Below, one piece after another: positions 39,338 through 54,270 of a DNA stretch of 64,000 bases (positions within the stretch are counted from its first letter, which is position 1; each line of letters begins with the position of its first letter). The position numbers and the translations under genes are program-made. Origin of the DNA: Takakia lepidozioides (taxonomy: Eukaryota > Plantae > Bryophyta); the NCBI GenBank assembly GCA_030704615.1, contig CM060731.1, forward strand, positions 51,026,001 to 51,090,000. The letters run 5' to 3'. Below the pieces are notes generated by a model. That model saw only the letters and a program-made list of their open reading frames with translations, searched no databases and had not been told where the DNA came from.

Positions 39338-42300
39338 ATGGACTATGGGCTGAGTGCAGTGAAGGCGCTGATAGCGCAGTTGCAACCATCGCAGGAGGTG
39401 GTGGGGAGAGGAGGGGTGCTGGCGCTTGGTGGCCTTCTCTTTCAGCGTGCTTGGCTGCAGGTACTGTGCTGCATTCTCGCACCGCGACTTTGCTGTGTTC
39501 TGTTTCTCTCCCCCTCCTCTGTCTGGGGTAGCATAGAGGCTATGTTGAAGTGCGGTTTGATTTTCAGGAAGGTTTTCCAGTGCAAGTTGAAATGCTTCCG
39601 AAGTGCAACAGTGGGTAAGTGTACCCTTCTGTTCTGGTAAGGTATCGTCCATATCTCAGATTGCATTTGTGGATGGTGATTTTTGGCTTCAGGCTGGTCA
39701 TGTATTGGCTCTCCTTTTGAAATGGCCCAGGCACGATGTGCGCCACACATAAATCGGCCTTTTAGTAGTGGAACGTAGTATTTTTATTCTTACTTCAGTT
39801 AGACGGTCTGCCTTCATATTTCGTATTCAAGTAGTAATAGGTGGGAATGAAGAACATTGGTTGCAATCGCATCACCAGTATGAAAAAAATTTCGTTCCGG
39901 GTCAAGGAGATTACTTACTTGTGAATCTCATCAATTGTTTCGAATTACAATTGAGTAGCTTGAGTTCAATTGTAGGGAGGGTTGCAGCGGGGTTCTAGGA
40001 TGTAGGGTTTACGGACTGCTTCCTCCTCCCGTGTCTGGCCAGAATAAGACTTGCTGGAATAAGAGTTGCTGGTAACGCCAATCTTGAAACCAGAAGAGTA
40101 TTTATCCCAGATGTTGTCCGCCGCTTGTTACTTCGTTGAAAGACACAGAGGTTAAAGCCTCTTTAGGCGATCGTTAGATGCAAAGATGGATCTGGTGAGC
40201 TCTGGTTACATGTGTAGTGTACAATGGGTACAATGAGGAAGCACATTGAACACATTTTTTGTCAGCCCTTTCTTCCTCCCCAATGCCCGGTCCCTTTTCA
40301 TAAAGCTAACTGTGTTTGTAATGCAGGGCATATTAGTAGGAGGGTTGGAGGAAGGATGCTTTTGGCTCGATGATGGGAGCGGTGTGCTAGAGCTTGTTTT
40401 TCTCAAGGGCTTTCAACTCCAGTCATGGAAGCCTGGTGAGTTAGATTGTTTGCAAACACATCGGCAGCCACTCTCTCTTTTAGCATAAGATTCATGGCTA
40501 GTGATTGTTGCAATCTCTTTACAGTCCACACCTCCTTATTTCCTATAGCGATGTGGATCAAACCAGTACTTGTTTGAGCTTCAGTGGAATGCTTCATGAC
40601 AATCAATTTAGAAGTGAATATAACTAGCACCTCTAGCTGTTAGATTGACACCTTATGGTGTCACTTCACCCCGAAGGGCTACTACCTTCCGTTTGGAAGG
40701 TGGACATCTTCTAACAGTTGCAAAGGGGCAACGCCGGTGCCCGACCCTCCCGGGACCCGAAAGTCCCCAGTACCCACACATTAAGTAACTGATTAACCCA
40801 ATTACCCACTTTTATAGTTGGGTTGGCCAGAGGGAGAGGTCTCTGGCCAAAGCCGGCGTAACTAAGAGCCACTTCACCTTGTAGCTACTGCCCCTGCCAG
40901 GGGTGGGCTCTACAGGCTAAACAGTAGTACTGGGCGACTAAAGAGGGGGAGATGCTACTAGGTAGGTTGGTTGTTTCGAGCTTGCGTTTATTAATAGTGA
41001 TGGTTGTTAGGGATCTGATGGCGGCGAGGTGGATTTCTTTAGAGCATTTGGTTAGGTTGTTAAGATGTATGAGAAGGTCAGAGTGGAGGGAGGTGAGGCC
41101 GCTTGTGTGGATGCCTCCATGCACGCCGGCCGTGATTACCATGAGCGACCTCTGCGCCAGTCTCGGCGTCGAAGGGCTAGTATGAGAGGAGCATATTTTT
41201 CCTGTTTGGCAAGTAGGTCTAGTCTGGGTAACGATCATGGTAGTAGGGGAATTCTAACAGATGGATGATGTACCCTCGGTAAGGTAAGGAACGGGTAGGA
41301 GAGGAGATGGGTAGGCCCTTGACTAGGAGAATGTCTGGGCATCAACCTGCAGGGCAGGAGCAGTGGGGGGAGGGGCGTGGGAGCAGCCTGCTGGTATAGT
41401 GTGGTGAGGGGCCATTATGGGTTGGCCATAATGGGAATAATGGGTGATATCCAACATACACCTATGTGGCTTTGAACCCACGACCACTTGTCAGGTGACC
41501 CTGTGCCTTACCATTGGGCCATCTGATGGATGCTCTTACCAGGCACAATTACACATGGAAAATCCAGAGTGTACCTCCATTGGCCAGCCAAGTACTGACT
41601 GTCCCATGAGGCCCAACGTCCCCCATGAGGAACTAAGATTAGTTACTCCCTCATTGCTCAAGTGTATTTAAAGATTCTAATTAGACGAAGGATTGCCATT
41701 GTTTCTGTGATTAGATGGTGCAAATGAGTTTAAGGTCCTGCATTCAGTTCTGAAGTGAAGAGAGATTTCTAGAGCCATGGCATCTGAAAACATTATGGAT
41801 TTTTCTGCTCCATCCACCTCGAGAGTTCAAGGGTTAAGATATGTTGGGACCCCACATATTGCTCTGGTTAACCATGGTTCAGATCCAACTACTCTAATTA
41901 GTAGCTCTCGCTTTAGCCATAGCCAGAAATTCTTCAGCTTTCAATTTGAAATATATCCTTGCATCAATTCCTGCCATGTCAGTATAGTTTTTGTGGTGGT
42001 TTGGGTGCAGGGATGTATGTGTTGGTGGTTGGAGCATACGCATTTGCCAGCAATGGTGTGCCTATCCTCAAGGTATTGAGATCTTACTCACTAGGTCTGG
42101 TCTGATGGAATTGAGATCTAAGAACTACACATCGGCAAAGGTGTCTACCTTTGCAAGGTTTGGCTGAGTCAAGGTCAAATGTAGACGAATCTATTCATAA
42201 AATGTTGGTTTAAGACCATTGTGAAGTGTCTGGATCCTGGGACTTATTTTCAGCCAATCATCAGTAAACGCAGCATTTGAAGACTTTGTTCGGGACTGAA

Positions 42301-42526
42301 TTAAAACGGCTCTTCATAGGCCAAGCCAGTCTCCAAGCATACACTGAAGACAAACCCCTTGGCAGCAATCCAAACTGCAAAGCACTAAACATGTGCTGGG
42401 TCGTGTGGGCAGGTGCACAAGATTGTCGACCTGTCATCCTTTCCCAACAGGGAGGCACTTTGGCACTTGGAGGTGATCGAGGCCTACCGCCTTTTCTATG
42501 AGTCCTTAATAAACAAGTGCTCTTGA
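39338..42526 (+). CDS. RMI2: RecQ-mediated genome instability protein 2 (exons 39338-39460, 40327-40435, 42011-42072, 42413-42526)
   Basis: MDYGLSAVKALIAQL...LGGLLFQRAWLQ-GILV...LDDGSGVLEL...WKPG-MYVLVVG...PILK-VHKIVDLS..PNREALWHLEVIEAYRLFY. All junctions are GT-AG and in frame. Confidence 0.9.
41461..41524 (-). mobile_element. Degenerate tRNA-like SINE head in RMI2 intron 2
   Basis: Minus strand TGGCCCAATGGTAAGG (A box) ... GGGTTCAAAGCC (B box). Confidence 0.45.
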
Positions 42527-44913
42527 TGATGACAGCACATATGCCATTGTTGGGACCATGCAGGAAGACTATGCCCATTTGGTAAGCATCTCTTCCACTC
42601 ATCTCCACCTTTCTTTCTCAACACATGCCTTCAATGCCCCAAGGCTCCAAAGTCTGTTGAGAACATCATCGTGACAGTTTCTAACCAGAGTGTGACTAGA
42701 ATTGCAATCACAGCCATATGTCTCCACTGTTGGTTTAGGCAGGGCTAATCAGTGGCTGTTAAACTTCCTCTCTTTCTCTCTGTTCTTCCTTCTCAGTAAT
42801 TGTGAGCTCTCCAGTATCCTCAAGGAGTCCTCTGTGTTTTTCCCCTTTCTATACATGCTGGAAGTGTATGACCCTCCTCACCATCTTTTATTCTCCAAGC
42901 AGGTTTGGTCTGTGCCACATAGTATTCCATGTCTTAACAGGATTGGCTTGTCATTCAGTGTCTAAGGCTCCATGTTAGCATTTTCCCCCACCCTCTAGCC
43001 CCAAATATCTGTTTCATCATATTCATAACTTTACGCTGGTCCTTATGTTGGATGGAGTGGAATGAGCCTTTTGGTAACACGGATTGGGTGGGGCTATATG
43101 GAATTGATTTTTATACTCAGTATCCCTGTTAATTTTGCAAACTAGCACTATTCTTGCTTGGTGGGGTCAGATGATGTAGTCCAATGTTGACTGGGTCTGC
43201 ATCTCTCAACAGTGGATGGTCCCAGCAGGTTCCAAAAGCATAAATTAAAACCCGCCCTTATTGTTGATTGATGGTTCAACCTGACAACCCATGCTTTACA
43301 GTATCCAGTAATGAGGGGGTCCTTGCAATCACTAATAAGTTGATGGTGTTGTTGACAATATGCTGTTTGGCTTGCAGGTTTAAACATTTTTAGAATATTT
43401 TTGGCATTTAAGGATATGAGGAGTTCAGGACCCTTTGATATGGCTTGCGAGCTTTGCAGTCAACTCATGCTCAGCTTCCTAAGTCAGAGTAAGACAAGAG
43501 TCCTTGAATTTTAGCTGAATATTCGACAGTTTCTCTAATCTGTTGCAAAGCAGGTTGATATAAGGTTTTGTTGTAGCAATCTCCAACAGAGGCTGCTTCC
43601 ACGTTGGGAAGAAGGATGTAGGCCATAATGAAAGGTTGACATCTAAATGCATTGATGAATTAAGTGCATGATAGATGGACTTCAGAGTAGCAGAACTTTG
43701 TACTTGGAAGTAGAATAAGGACCTTACGGAAGTTTGAGACCTTGAAGATTCATGTTGTGACCAATAGACAACTGCATGGAAGAGCAAGGGGTGTGCTGAA
43801 AACTACACTAAAACCTTTAGTGCAAGCCATATCAGCCAAAGAGCAATCATGTGAACTGTATACCATGTAGGAGAGAGAGTGGAGAAAACGAAGCAAGCAG
43901 AAAAGAATGGAATTGAAATGTCCTAAACCCGAAGCTGTGTAAACATCACGGTTAGTGCCTCCTCTTCATATTTTGCTTGGTTCGCGCCAATATCCAGTAA
44001 TGTTTGTACAATTATGGACTAATTACAGCCATAGATCAAGAACAGTTGATTTTCTGGACATTATCCGGGATCACATCATTCCATTCAAGTGATCAGCATA
44101 ATCTTTTTCTGTGTCACCTAGTACCATCATCAAACCAATGTACTTGTGATGTTTCTCAAGACACTACAACAGAGTATATTGTCCTCAAAACCTTGGTCCT
44201 CAAACAGTTTCTTAACTATATTTCAAGTGAGGAACCAAAGTACTCACAGACTTGGTGGTGATCCAACAATCAACGACATCAAGTAACTATAACAGCTTGT
44301 GGTGACACAAGTACGAAGAGAAGTGCATCTTCCTCCTTCCACTATCAATGAACATAACTTAGATCCAATAGGAAGTGAGAACTCTTACTTAGTTTGGACA
44401 ATTCCGCAGGTCTGCCAAACAGCCAAAGTAACAATCCAGCAAAGCATTCCGCCGGCTAACCTATTCTGTTATCGTCAAGCTATGGATGAACTGACGGCGA
44501 TGCCGAAGTATCTAGCCTAGATTCCATGCGGATCGATCCGCGACGTGGGTGAGAGCACTTGAAGATGGCGATGGACGTGAGCACATTGCGTGTCGGCGAG
44601 TTCCGGCTCCAGTCCAGATTCCATTGTCATATCTGCATTGCACAATCCACCTGCCAGATCCATTTTCGTGGTTGTTGTCGTGCATTTCTGTAGAAGTCAA
44701 GGGTTAGAGAATTGACAGGTCCTCAGGGGGTGCCTTGTGGCCAAAGGATGTGAGATATGAGCTTAGCAAATCAGCAGCGTACGAGAAGGGGCTGAAGCTG
44801 ATGAGTGAAGAAGTGACAGACAGAACAGTCTCAAAGGGCGAGGGGGAGTATTTTTTCCTTAAGTTCGTCCTGAGAGAAAGTGTTGGCTTTGGAGAGGTGT
44901 CCTGTTCAGAGTA

Positions 44914-47900
44914 ATGGGAGGCGGGTCTGCTTGCAGCCCAGGGAAGGGGCTGTGGTGCTTTCGGTTGGTACATTTCCTGCTGTTCGTGACTTTTGCACAG
45001 ACGTCGTCAATGGGGTTTCGACAAGGAGGTAGAGCTCCGGTCCCTCTCTTCTTTTGACCGTTTAGGAAAGTATTACACAGCATCTGGTCGATGGAAGAAG
45101 ACGCTGACCAATGGTTGTGGCAGAAAGGCTGTAGCTTCTGTGTACTGGCAATGCATTATCCTGCATGCAGATTCTCTCTTATTCAATAGATTGCTTCGCA
45201 GTAATGTAGATACTCAGGGAACAACATAATTGTTGGATTAAACCCTTACCCGAAACCTCAGGTTTTCATGCTGTCAGCACTTAAATCATACCATGGAAGG
45301 TTGCATATGGTCCTCTTCAAACCAATGGAGTGGCTGTGTGTGATATCAAGTTAGGGTGCTCCCTACTTTGAATGGATTGTTTGTCAACATGAAAGTCCCG
45401 AAGAGAAATTGTGCCGATCTTGTTTACAGGATCAATGGTAGAAGCATCCAGAGCTGCAAAACAAGAGCAGCAGCCGGAGCACTTTATGGGGAGGATTATT
45501 CTCAGTGCAGACACAGGGCAGCCTCTCCCAGAGTATCCTTCGCAGTTTCTAAAATGACTAGTACTTTTGAGTTCATCATTGGCATGCGTATATGGATGTG
45601 ATTGTTGCCCAATTGTATTGCCCTGCCATAATATTAGAAGCCATCACAGGGCAGTCAGGATCCCGCATATGTGAGGGAGGAAAATAGAGGAAAAGAGAGA
45701 GTGGCACTATAGATTTGAAATGGTTACATAACAATGTGGTGATGGGGGACGTGAGCAGTCACTGTTCAAGGATTGTCTTTAACAACAGTTTGCATACTCC
45801 AATTGAAAGTCCCTACTTCAAATATCTCGGGCCTGGAAGCACTATATTTGACCAATTCACAGCTCGAGTCATCCATGCAGAATTTCACTAGGCGTTGCAG
45901 CCACATCTCTAGACTGTACAGGTCCCCTTTCTCACCCTTCCCTCTCTCTTTCTCACATGTACACAGTACATTCAAGTGTAATACTCTGATTTTGTGGTCA
46001 TTGAGTTGCAAATTAAATTCATTTGCTGATGCAACCACTTCTCATACTCTTTCCCCTTTCTTGTCCTGTTAATACTCTAAGATACAAAACCTTCCAAGGT
46101 GAGTTACAGCTGAAGGTGGCAATCTAGGTTTTACCCTAGTACTGTCTCAAACCCTCCAGACTTTCTCTCAGAAGTTAATCCCTTATTTGTTCTGAGCACT
46201 AACAACTTTGCTGAGCTAACTGTCTTCATGCAGCATTGGGAACAGCACCAATGGTTTCCCTTTGGTAAGCTCTATGGCCCCATGAATATTCTCACATGCT
46301 CCAGGTTCTTCTTCCACACTGGAAATTGAAGATATGTCGAGAGAGTCAAAGAGTTTTGCATCGAATATATCCTGTGTGGCGTTGACAAACCTCATTGACA
46401 TTCTCTGTTGGATGCTAGTTTTGGCAGCTAAATTGTAGTTGATGAAGGGCTTACATTGACAATTGTTGAAAAGGTAATATAGAAATGGTGATGTAGCCCT
46501 CAATGTATCCTGCATGTGAAGGTGATGGTTGTAGTACTGCTAGTCACATGGTACTGAGAAGAGGGCAGAGAGAGCCACCTGCGTACACTGAAACAAGCCT
46601 TTAAGGTGAGGATAGAGTCAAGACAATAAGGAAGAGGAAAGCGGGTTGGGAGAGAAACTTGTGCTTGTCTTTGGATGTGTGATTAACCATTCTTTCCACA
46701 TTTGGATGTTGGATATATCTCTGGAGACAGTTGGTACTTGAGATCTCCGACAAGCCTGGGACCTTTGAACCAGAGCCTGCTTTCAAGGTACCAGTTGTTC
46801 ACAATGTAATTGAGTGGACATATGGTATGCCATGAGCTCCTCTCTTAACTAGTTGTTGTCCTGTCCTATGTTTGCTAATCTTGTAAGAGTTGTACATCAT
46901 CTTTTTCTCACTACTTGGGCACAAGCTGCCTTTCCAAATGCAAGTGTGTAACACTGTATTCCCTTGAGCCCACCCTCAGTACCCCACATGGGGAAGATCT
47001 CACTTCATCTGGCGGACGTCCTCCTCTCTCACTCTCTCCCTCTCTCTCTCTTTGTGTAAAGGGATTAATACTGGAGTTAGATGGACCATGCTTTGCAACG
47101 TTATTAGGCCGGCCTTGGAGTATGCATCTGCTGTGTTGGCCGACAATTCCAACCATGTTAAATCTCTAGGATCCATTCATGTTGCGGTGCTCCAAGAAAG
47201 CATTAGCTGTTCTAGAGCAGCTAATGTGGCTGTTCGGGGCGAGCTTGGCATACCTCCCTTGAGCTCTCGACGTGATGAATTCAGATGATGGGGTCAGTTG
47301 AATTGCATACGTAATACCAGATACCGTGAGCTATTATTTCTTGGAAGCAAGACCGTCCTGTTAAACAGGCTAAGTCTTGGCAGAAAAGGGTAGAAGAGAT
47401 TTTCCAAGTATTTGAATATTAGTCCAGAAGCATGTACCCTACTCGATGAAGCTGACCTGGAGGGGGTTGTGTCCAAAGCCATGTCTGATGCCGATAGACT
47501 GTCCAATGACAATGAAGTTAGGCATAAAACTTCCCTGAACTTGTTTCCAGTCTGTGGCATGGGCAAGGACCTTAAGGATGATCTGAAGGGCCTACCTACC
47601 CTTGGCACGAGACTGGAATTTAGACTTAGGGCAGCCTACCTTTGAACAATAAATAGATGTAGAGAGGCAAAGGAGATTTTAATTGCCCCATATGCGGGTA
47701 ACCTGGAGACAATATCCATTTTCTGATACGTTGTCTGGGGTATTCTCATCATTGAGTGACCCTCTTCAGGAACATCAAGAGCATAGCTCCTGCACCTCTG
47801 TTCACCAACTTCCAAAATCTCGAAGCTGAACCTAAAGCCCTGATCCTATTGGGGTCTAAGTTTTGGGCTACTCACCCACAGCAGATTGATGCTTGTGTGA

Positions 47901-50900
47901 AGGGTTTTCTAGAGGATATCTGGAAAGCCCGAACTAATTGTTTATTTCAAGCTAAGTCCCCCTACTGGAGGGAGAGTCCTCACAACGGTAGTGTCAATCT
48001 CTGTTTCCGTCCAAACTGGGCGTGGGGTCTATGGCCATAAGCCTATGGCAAACAAACTCATATGAGTACATTCTCTCTCTTTCTCTACTCCCTTGTATCC
48101 TGTACCATCACTTTATGTAAGTTGTAGTTCTGATCAAACTTCCGTTTTCTAGTTCTCTGGGTGCCTGGTTGTGAAATCAGTTTTTCCGAACAAACTCCAA
48201 AATTTCAGGGAAGGTGGGGGTAACCACAGAAGTGGGTGTATCTATATTTCGGATAGGAGAGTGACAGATGCATGATGGATTGGAAGGTGAGAAGAGGATA
48301 GGAGGGGCGATCTTAGCATACTATGAGTGAGGTAGTGGAAGAAATTGGAGTGCTTTCTTGTGTTTTGTATGTATGTACATATCCATTTGTCTATATCAAC
48401 AACATGTTATGTTGACACGAATAAGAAAGTGTCCACAGATTCCTCCAAGTTTTAAGGAACTAAAGGTCTTTCTGATTGCACTTGCAACAGCCTGCTGACT
48501 CAGAGAGATCTTCCTTAAAGTCTAATAGATCTCGGTGCTTAAAATTTTAAGGTAAATGTTTGTTGGCTGATGTGGGACAGCAAGTTCACTGGTTTAAGTG
48601 ACATGGCTATGCGTGCAGTATGTGGGGAGCATGCATGGAGATGAGCCTCTAGGGCGTGAGCTGGTGCTCTTGTTGGCTGAATGGCTATGTGCTAACTACC
48701 TAAAAGATCCTTTGGTGTGGAGTTGATCTCTCTTTCTCTCCCTCTCTCCTTGACCCTTCATAGATCTTTTCCTTCTTCCTTCTATCTCTCCCTCTGCATT
48801 CAGTAGGGAAGCTAGTAGCTATGTTCAGTTAGTATGGGCAGAAATAGAGAGGATACAGGGGGGCAGATTGTTTGGGGGATGAGACAGAGAGATCTCCTTA
48901 TGTAGAGTACTGTCAGTTTTTGACCCATCTGTTTATCTTATGGAGGTTTGGTGGGTGCTGGTGTAGGCCACTTTGATAGTGCAAAAGGTTCACCTGCATT
49001 TGCTTCCCGCAATGAACCCGGATGGCTTTGCTAAAAAGTGGCGCAACAATGCTCATGACGTAGACCTGAATCGTGACTTTCCTGACCAGGTATTGTTCTC
49101 TTGTCAGTTTCATTCTGAAAAATTGGTTGTCGTGTTCTTCTTATGTACATACAACTGAGGACCCTCATGACACTGCCGCTTCTATTCCGTAATTTGAGAG
49201 TATCATTGGATGTCATGGTTATGGATGTGGTGGTGGAGACAACAACCTGGCAGTCTTCCTGTTAGACCTGGGGTTGACCCTAGTTGAGTTTATCTCCAGC
49301 TAAATAGTGAAGTATAATGTGTAGGAATGAGTCAGCATGAAACCTAACAGCCAAGTAACATTTATGCTGGCAACAACTACCTTGAGAGGATGAGTGTATT
49401 TGGACTTAGATGGCCTCGAGGTGGCTACCTCTTAGATCCACAACATGCCAAACAGGAGAGAGGAGGCTTGAAGAACGAAGTTGGCATTCGACCGTGCGCG
49501 TCTTCGCAGTCCCAGTCAGGTGGACATATCGTTGGCTAACCATCCGGAGCGCTCGTATTCCTACGCGTACAGTTTTTTCCTGAGAACAACAATGAGGCCT
49601 TGCGACAGCCCGAGACCTGCGCCATCATGCAGTGGATTCGCACCACCCGCTTCACGGCCTCTGCAAGCTTCCATGAGGTATTTACACCTCTCCACAGAAT
49701 GACCACTCCAGGGGTAGGCATTAGTGGTAGCACAGAAGAGGATAGATATGTTCAAGGTATGTTGACATTATTGCAAAGCACTAAGAAATAAATTTGCTGT
49801 GTAAAATTCACCTGAGATTCTCTATTGCAGCCACCAACGAGAAGGAGGGAGACAGAGAGAATGAGAAAATAGTGATGGAGAGGACAGGGAGTAAGAGTTT
49901 GGGAGGTATCTTTCTTTCTTGATGGTTCATACTGACATCATGTATTTGCTATGGGAATGTAGGGGGCACTAGTTGCAAATTATCCCTATGATGGTTCAAA
50001 AGATACAAGGTATTGCCCATCCAGCCTACAGATTCTCTTCACAAGGATAGTGGCAGCTGAAGTGTGTGATCTCTCGTAGTAGCAGGGTGCAGCTTTGGCA
50101 TAAACAAGATCTGAGCTGGTCTTTAGTTTCTTTGGTTTTACTGTGTTGTTGTATGGGGTCTCTTGGGTTTCCCATACATGTTACTTTCCTCTAATTTCAA
50201 ATACTGGACCAATATAAAGCGTGTTCCAATTTTAATGACGCAGAACGAAGTATGAGAATTGTCCCGATGATAGCACGTTTCGCTACTTGGCTGGAGTCTA
50301 TTCCCATCACCATCGGCTGATGTCCAAGAGCAAGGAATTTGTGGGTGGGATCACAAATGGCGCTGCCTGGTTTGTCCCTCAATCCCAACCTTCTTGTCTA
50401 GATTGCCTATCCTTCCCCAAAGAGAAATAAAGAGAACCAAAAAGGGTGGACTACTGCCAAATTATGGTGTCTCTTCAGCCTTCTGTGTTCTATCCTTTCC
50501 CAATGTTTTCTCTTTGTTTTAAGAGCTTATAGCTTAAGGATGCAAGTGCTGAATGTGGGGTTCAACCTGTGGTTTTCTTTATGTTCTACTTCACCCCATG
50601 GGCCTCGAGTGGCCATGGACTTAATAAATCATTTTATTCTGTCTCAAAATCACCTTGTCATGGGAGACAATCACATCATCATCTCTCTACTAAGGTCTTG
50701 GCATTCATTTGGGCAAATTTCTAGTCAGTTGTCACACTCTCTGGATAGAATCAAAGAAAGTTTCATATGCCCACAGGATCAAAGTAGGATATTAAGAAAA
50801 ACCAGTGCAAGACAGATGAAGGGACACCCAAAAATGAAAATATTATATGTATTGGTCAACTATTGGTCCACATTCTTTGACCAATCATCTTGAGTTTTCC

Positions 50901-53900
50901 TGTTATTATGTTGTTTGTCAAGTCGATGCCACTTCTCACATGCAGTGCAGACAATTTTTCAAAACCGCCTATTTTTTAATCACAATATCCTCAGAACAAA
51001 TGCGTTTTCCGCTATGCAGAGGCCATACCCTTGTGGCAACTGTCCCTACAGGATGCAAGCCCTCCCAGGGATTGAAGATTCAGAAATAACTGCTGGAGCT
51101 ATCTCACAATATCCCGATTGCAAGACTGAGTTTTACTCTGGCTAGTTCAGACTACAGTGGAGAAATTAGGAGTCGATCCTCTTGTCTTATTTGACCACGT
51201 ATTTGTGGCAGGTATCCTTTGTATGGGGGCATGCAAGACTGGAACTACCTCCATGGTGATTGTCTGGAGCTCACTCTGGAGATCAATGAAAACAAATGGC
51301 CCCCTGCCTCAGAGGTGCTCTCTTTCTTCCTTTGCTCTTAACCATAGTTCCCTTTGAGATAGGAACATCATCGTTCATGTTTGGACCAAAAGGAACAGCA
51401 AGACATTTCTTTTATATGTGAAGTACTTATACAAGCCAATGGTATGTTCTGAATACCTGTGTCTGGTAGTCATTTGGCCATAGTAAGTTGCATGTGTGTT
51501 CTGGGTAGATGCCTGAAGCAACAGTACGGTTTGTCAATGGCAGCCCTCAAATGAACAAATTCAAATCTATGTCAAGATTGTCCTTGCGCTAAGGCATTCC
51601 ATGCTTGAGTAGGGTGAAACCCCACCATTGGCTTCAGGATGGTTAGTATCTGCAGGTACTATACCCTGAAGGGCACACCACAGCCAATTTTGAGTACTTG
51701 TCTCTGGGTCCATTCCCCCAACTACCCCTGGGCATACATCTGGGACTTAAAAATGTTTCTCCTCATTCATTTGTGAGTGCAATGACTTCTACATCTGCAG
51801 GTGCCAGAGATTTGGAAACAACACCGGATGAGCATGCTTCATCTTGTCGCGAGTACTGTTAAGGTTAGTTAACAGTGGAGTATTCTCTGGGAATTTGTCT
51901 GGTTACTGTTTGATTGTATGTTTTACTTCGTGATTACCTGGATTTATTCTCTTGGCATTTGTGTATGTAAGAGAGGGAGGCCATTTGTCAAAAGATTTCG
52001 CCATTATGTATGCCTGTGTCCTTTTACCCTGCCATAGACCACAGATATATTCCAGCATCCAAGGTGTGTGGAACTTTCATAGATTAATAGGCAACAGCCT
52101 TTGCTTGAGCTTGTTCCAATCACAATGTGAGATAAAACACGTGTGTTTATTGACTGACAGCCTCCAGCAACCTGTAAGGCATGCCAGCAGTAGATGTGCC
52201 ATGCCATAGACCCCATGGCCAGAGTCAGCCGACGAAGGGAAGAAATTTATTACATCCACGTAGGTCAAGAGGACCCGTCAGGCAGAGTTTGGAGTAGAGG
52301 TAGTCCACTTCGTCGGAAACAGGGGATGTGAAAGCAGGACCCCAAGACTACGCTTTATCCATCTCAACTACAGATTAGGACTCTGTGAAGGAAATCCTGA
52401 GAGCAGAGAGAACAAGAAGATATACTCTGTTGTTTTTCCGCAGGATGGCCGAGGGAGGAGAGTAAACACATTGGGGAGGCAGATGGAGAGATGATGGAAA
52501 ATGGTCAGGGCCTGTGGGGAGGGAATGAGAAAAGAAGAAAGTTTAGTACATCCACAGGAGGCCCATAGAGTCTACTGGACACAGTAGAGTACAGTGCAAT
52601 CCTGAGAGCCTCCAAATGTCACCCAAAGAAAGAAGAGTCTCATGCATGTAAGCTGCCAAGCATGTCTTGTCGTCAGAAGCTGAAGAACTGACAGAATTTA
52701 TCAGGTGTGTGGAAGGTGAAGAGGGCCTCTTGAACACTGAAAACAACAAGAAAAGGAAGAAAGAACTTCATAATGTCCATGGTTGGCGAGAGGAAAATAC
52801 TTTAAGAGAGGAGAAGAGTTCTTTCGGATGTGTAGAATGTGAAGTTTGGAATAGAAGCAGTCAGTGCTGACATGGAAAGGTGGGTGGAGTGGACAGACTG
52901 GTGTCCATGGTCGGGTTATCTCCTTAGTCACAGGACAGCCTCTGGCTGCGACAATCAGTGTCAGTGGCATTAACCATCCTGTGAGTTTCTTCCTTTCTGG
53001 TTTTGTCCTTACCTCCCTCCCTTTTTCCTCTTTTTTTGGGTTATAAGTTTTAACTTCGCAAGTAACTGGGAGACACCTCAGACCAAACTTTGTGTAAGTC
53101 AAAAACGTGAATCACATTCTGAGAATTCTGATTGATTATCATGATCACACTATCTCATGCTAGATTTCTATCTAATTTTATGTGTGTAGGTGTTAGGTCA
53201 TGGCATGGGAGTTAATGTGTGTGTGTGGAAGAATTCATCCATACATATGTTTATCAGGTGCACCAGGTAATATGTATTGAGAAGCTATTTTTTGGTCCAT
53301 GTAGATAACTGCAAGTGCCACCTTCGGAGATTACCATCGCCTTCTGTCTCCAGGGAGAGCTTATGAAGGTCAGTTGCTATGCTTGTTGTTTCTATTGATG
53401 TGGCTGAGAGACTATTTGCACACAAGGTGAATTGAGCACTCACTAAATGACTGTCCCCCCTCTTCATCACCAATCAAGAAGACCTGACTCATCATGATTA
53501 CTGGAAGCGGCTCCTCTGTTCAGCCCTTCCGCTCTCAACTGTCACTTAACATCCACGCACACTTACCAGTGAGACCTGTAATCTGTGTTGTATTGCAGCA
53601 GACAACCCCCTTGTTTCCCCTGAGCCATTCATTTTTCTCCTACTGACAGATTGTGTTCATGTCACAATTGTGTCCAGTAACGGCAAGCATGGTGGGCTAT
53701 GAAAGCCGCACAACCAGTATAATGTTGCCTAAAGATAGGCCTGTGACTCTGGACTTCGTACTGGTCCCCCTGTCGGTGGATGAAGTAGCACTGGGCCTTG
53801 CTCGACTCAGAGGCTCTAAAGTGTTTAACAAGACATTTGGTGTGGTATTGACAAGGGTCCCACCAGCTCCACAACAGAAAGCTTTGGGCAGAGTAGTAGG

Positions 53901-54270
53901 GGGAACACAGACATCCACTGAAGATGCAGCGACTTCAAAACGACAATTGGACCCTCTAGTAGGAACTGGTCAGGTTCCACATCTCAACTCGTTGAGAGGC
54001 ACTGATACTGAAATAGAAATGACTTTTGAGAACACGGAGTTTGTAGATGCTTGGAGAGACATGCCAGGGGTTCTTGTGAGACCTTGGCTATCCCAAAGGA
54101 AACAGTCCCGCTCCCATGAGCATGGGGACCTCATGACGGAGATGACTATGCAATTGCGCATGACCAGTTTCTTGGCCTTGGTGGCTGTGACAGCAACTTT
54201 GATCTATGTGGGTTTCAGAGTTAAGGGTGGGCACCGTTTGCAAGCCTGGCGCCAGAGATGGTCCAGATAA
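44914..54270 (+). CDS. M14 zinc carboxypeptidase (SOL1/carboxypeptidase D-like), multi-exon; first exons less certain
   Basis: Exons encode [100 protein letters not shown]...ELTLEI, GVHGRV and FGDYHRLL, then a C-terminal hydrophobic helix. Signal-peptide-like first exon at 44914. Confidence 0.9.
47050..48075 (+). mobile_element. 5'-truncated non-LTR retrotransposon fragment (RT C-terminus + CCHC-like finger) in a carboxypeptidase intron
   Basis: [11 protein letters not shown]...[17 protein letters not shown] and CPICG...HFLIRC. Flanked by CT-rich tracts. Homologous to 23145-24835. Confidence 0.8.

Noticed and set aside
40650-41430. GC/purine-skewed insert in RMI2 intron 2
   Set aside because: Probably a TE remnant, but no ends or protein motifs could be supported.
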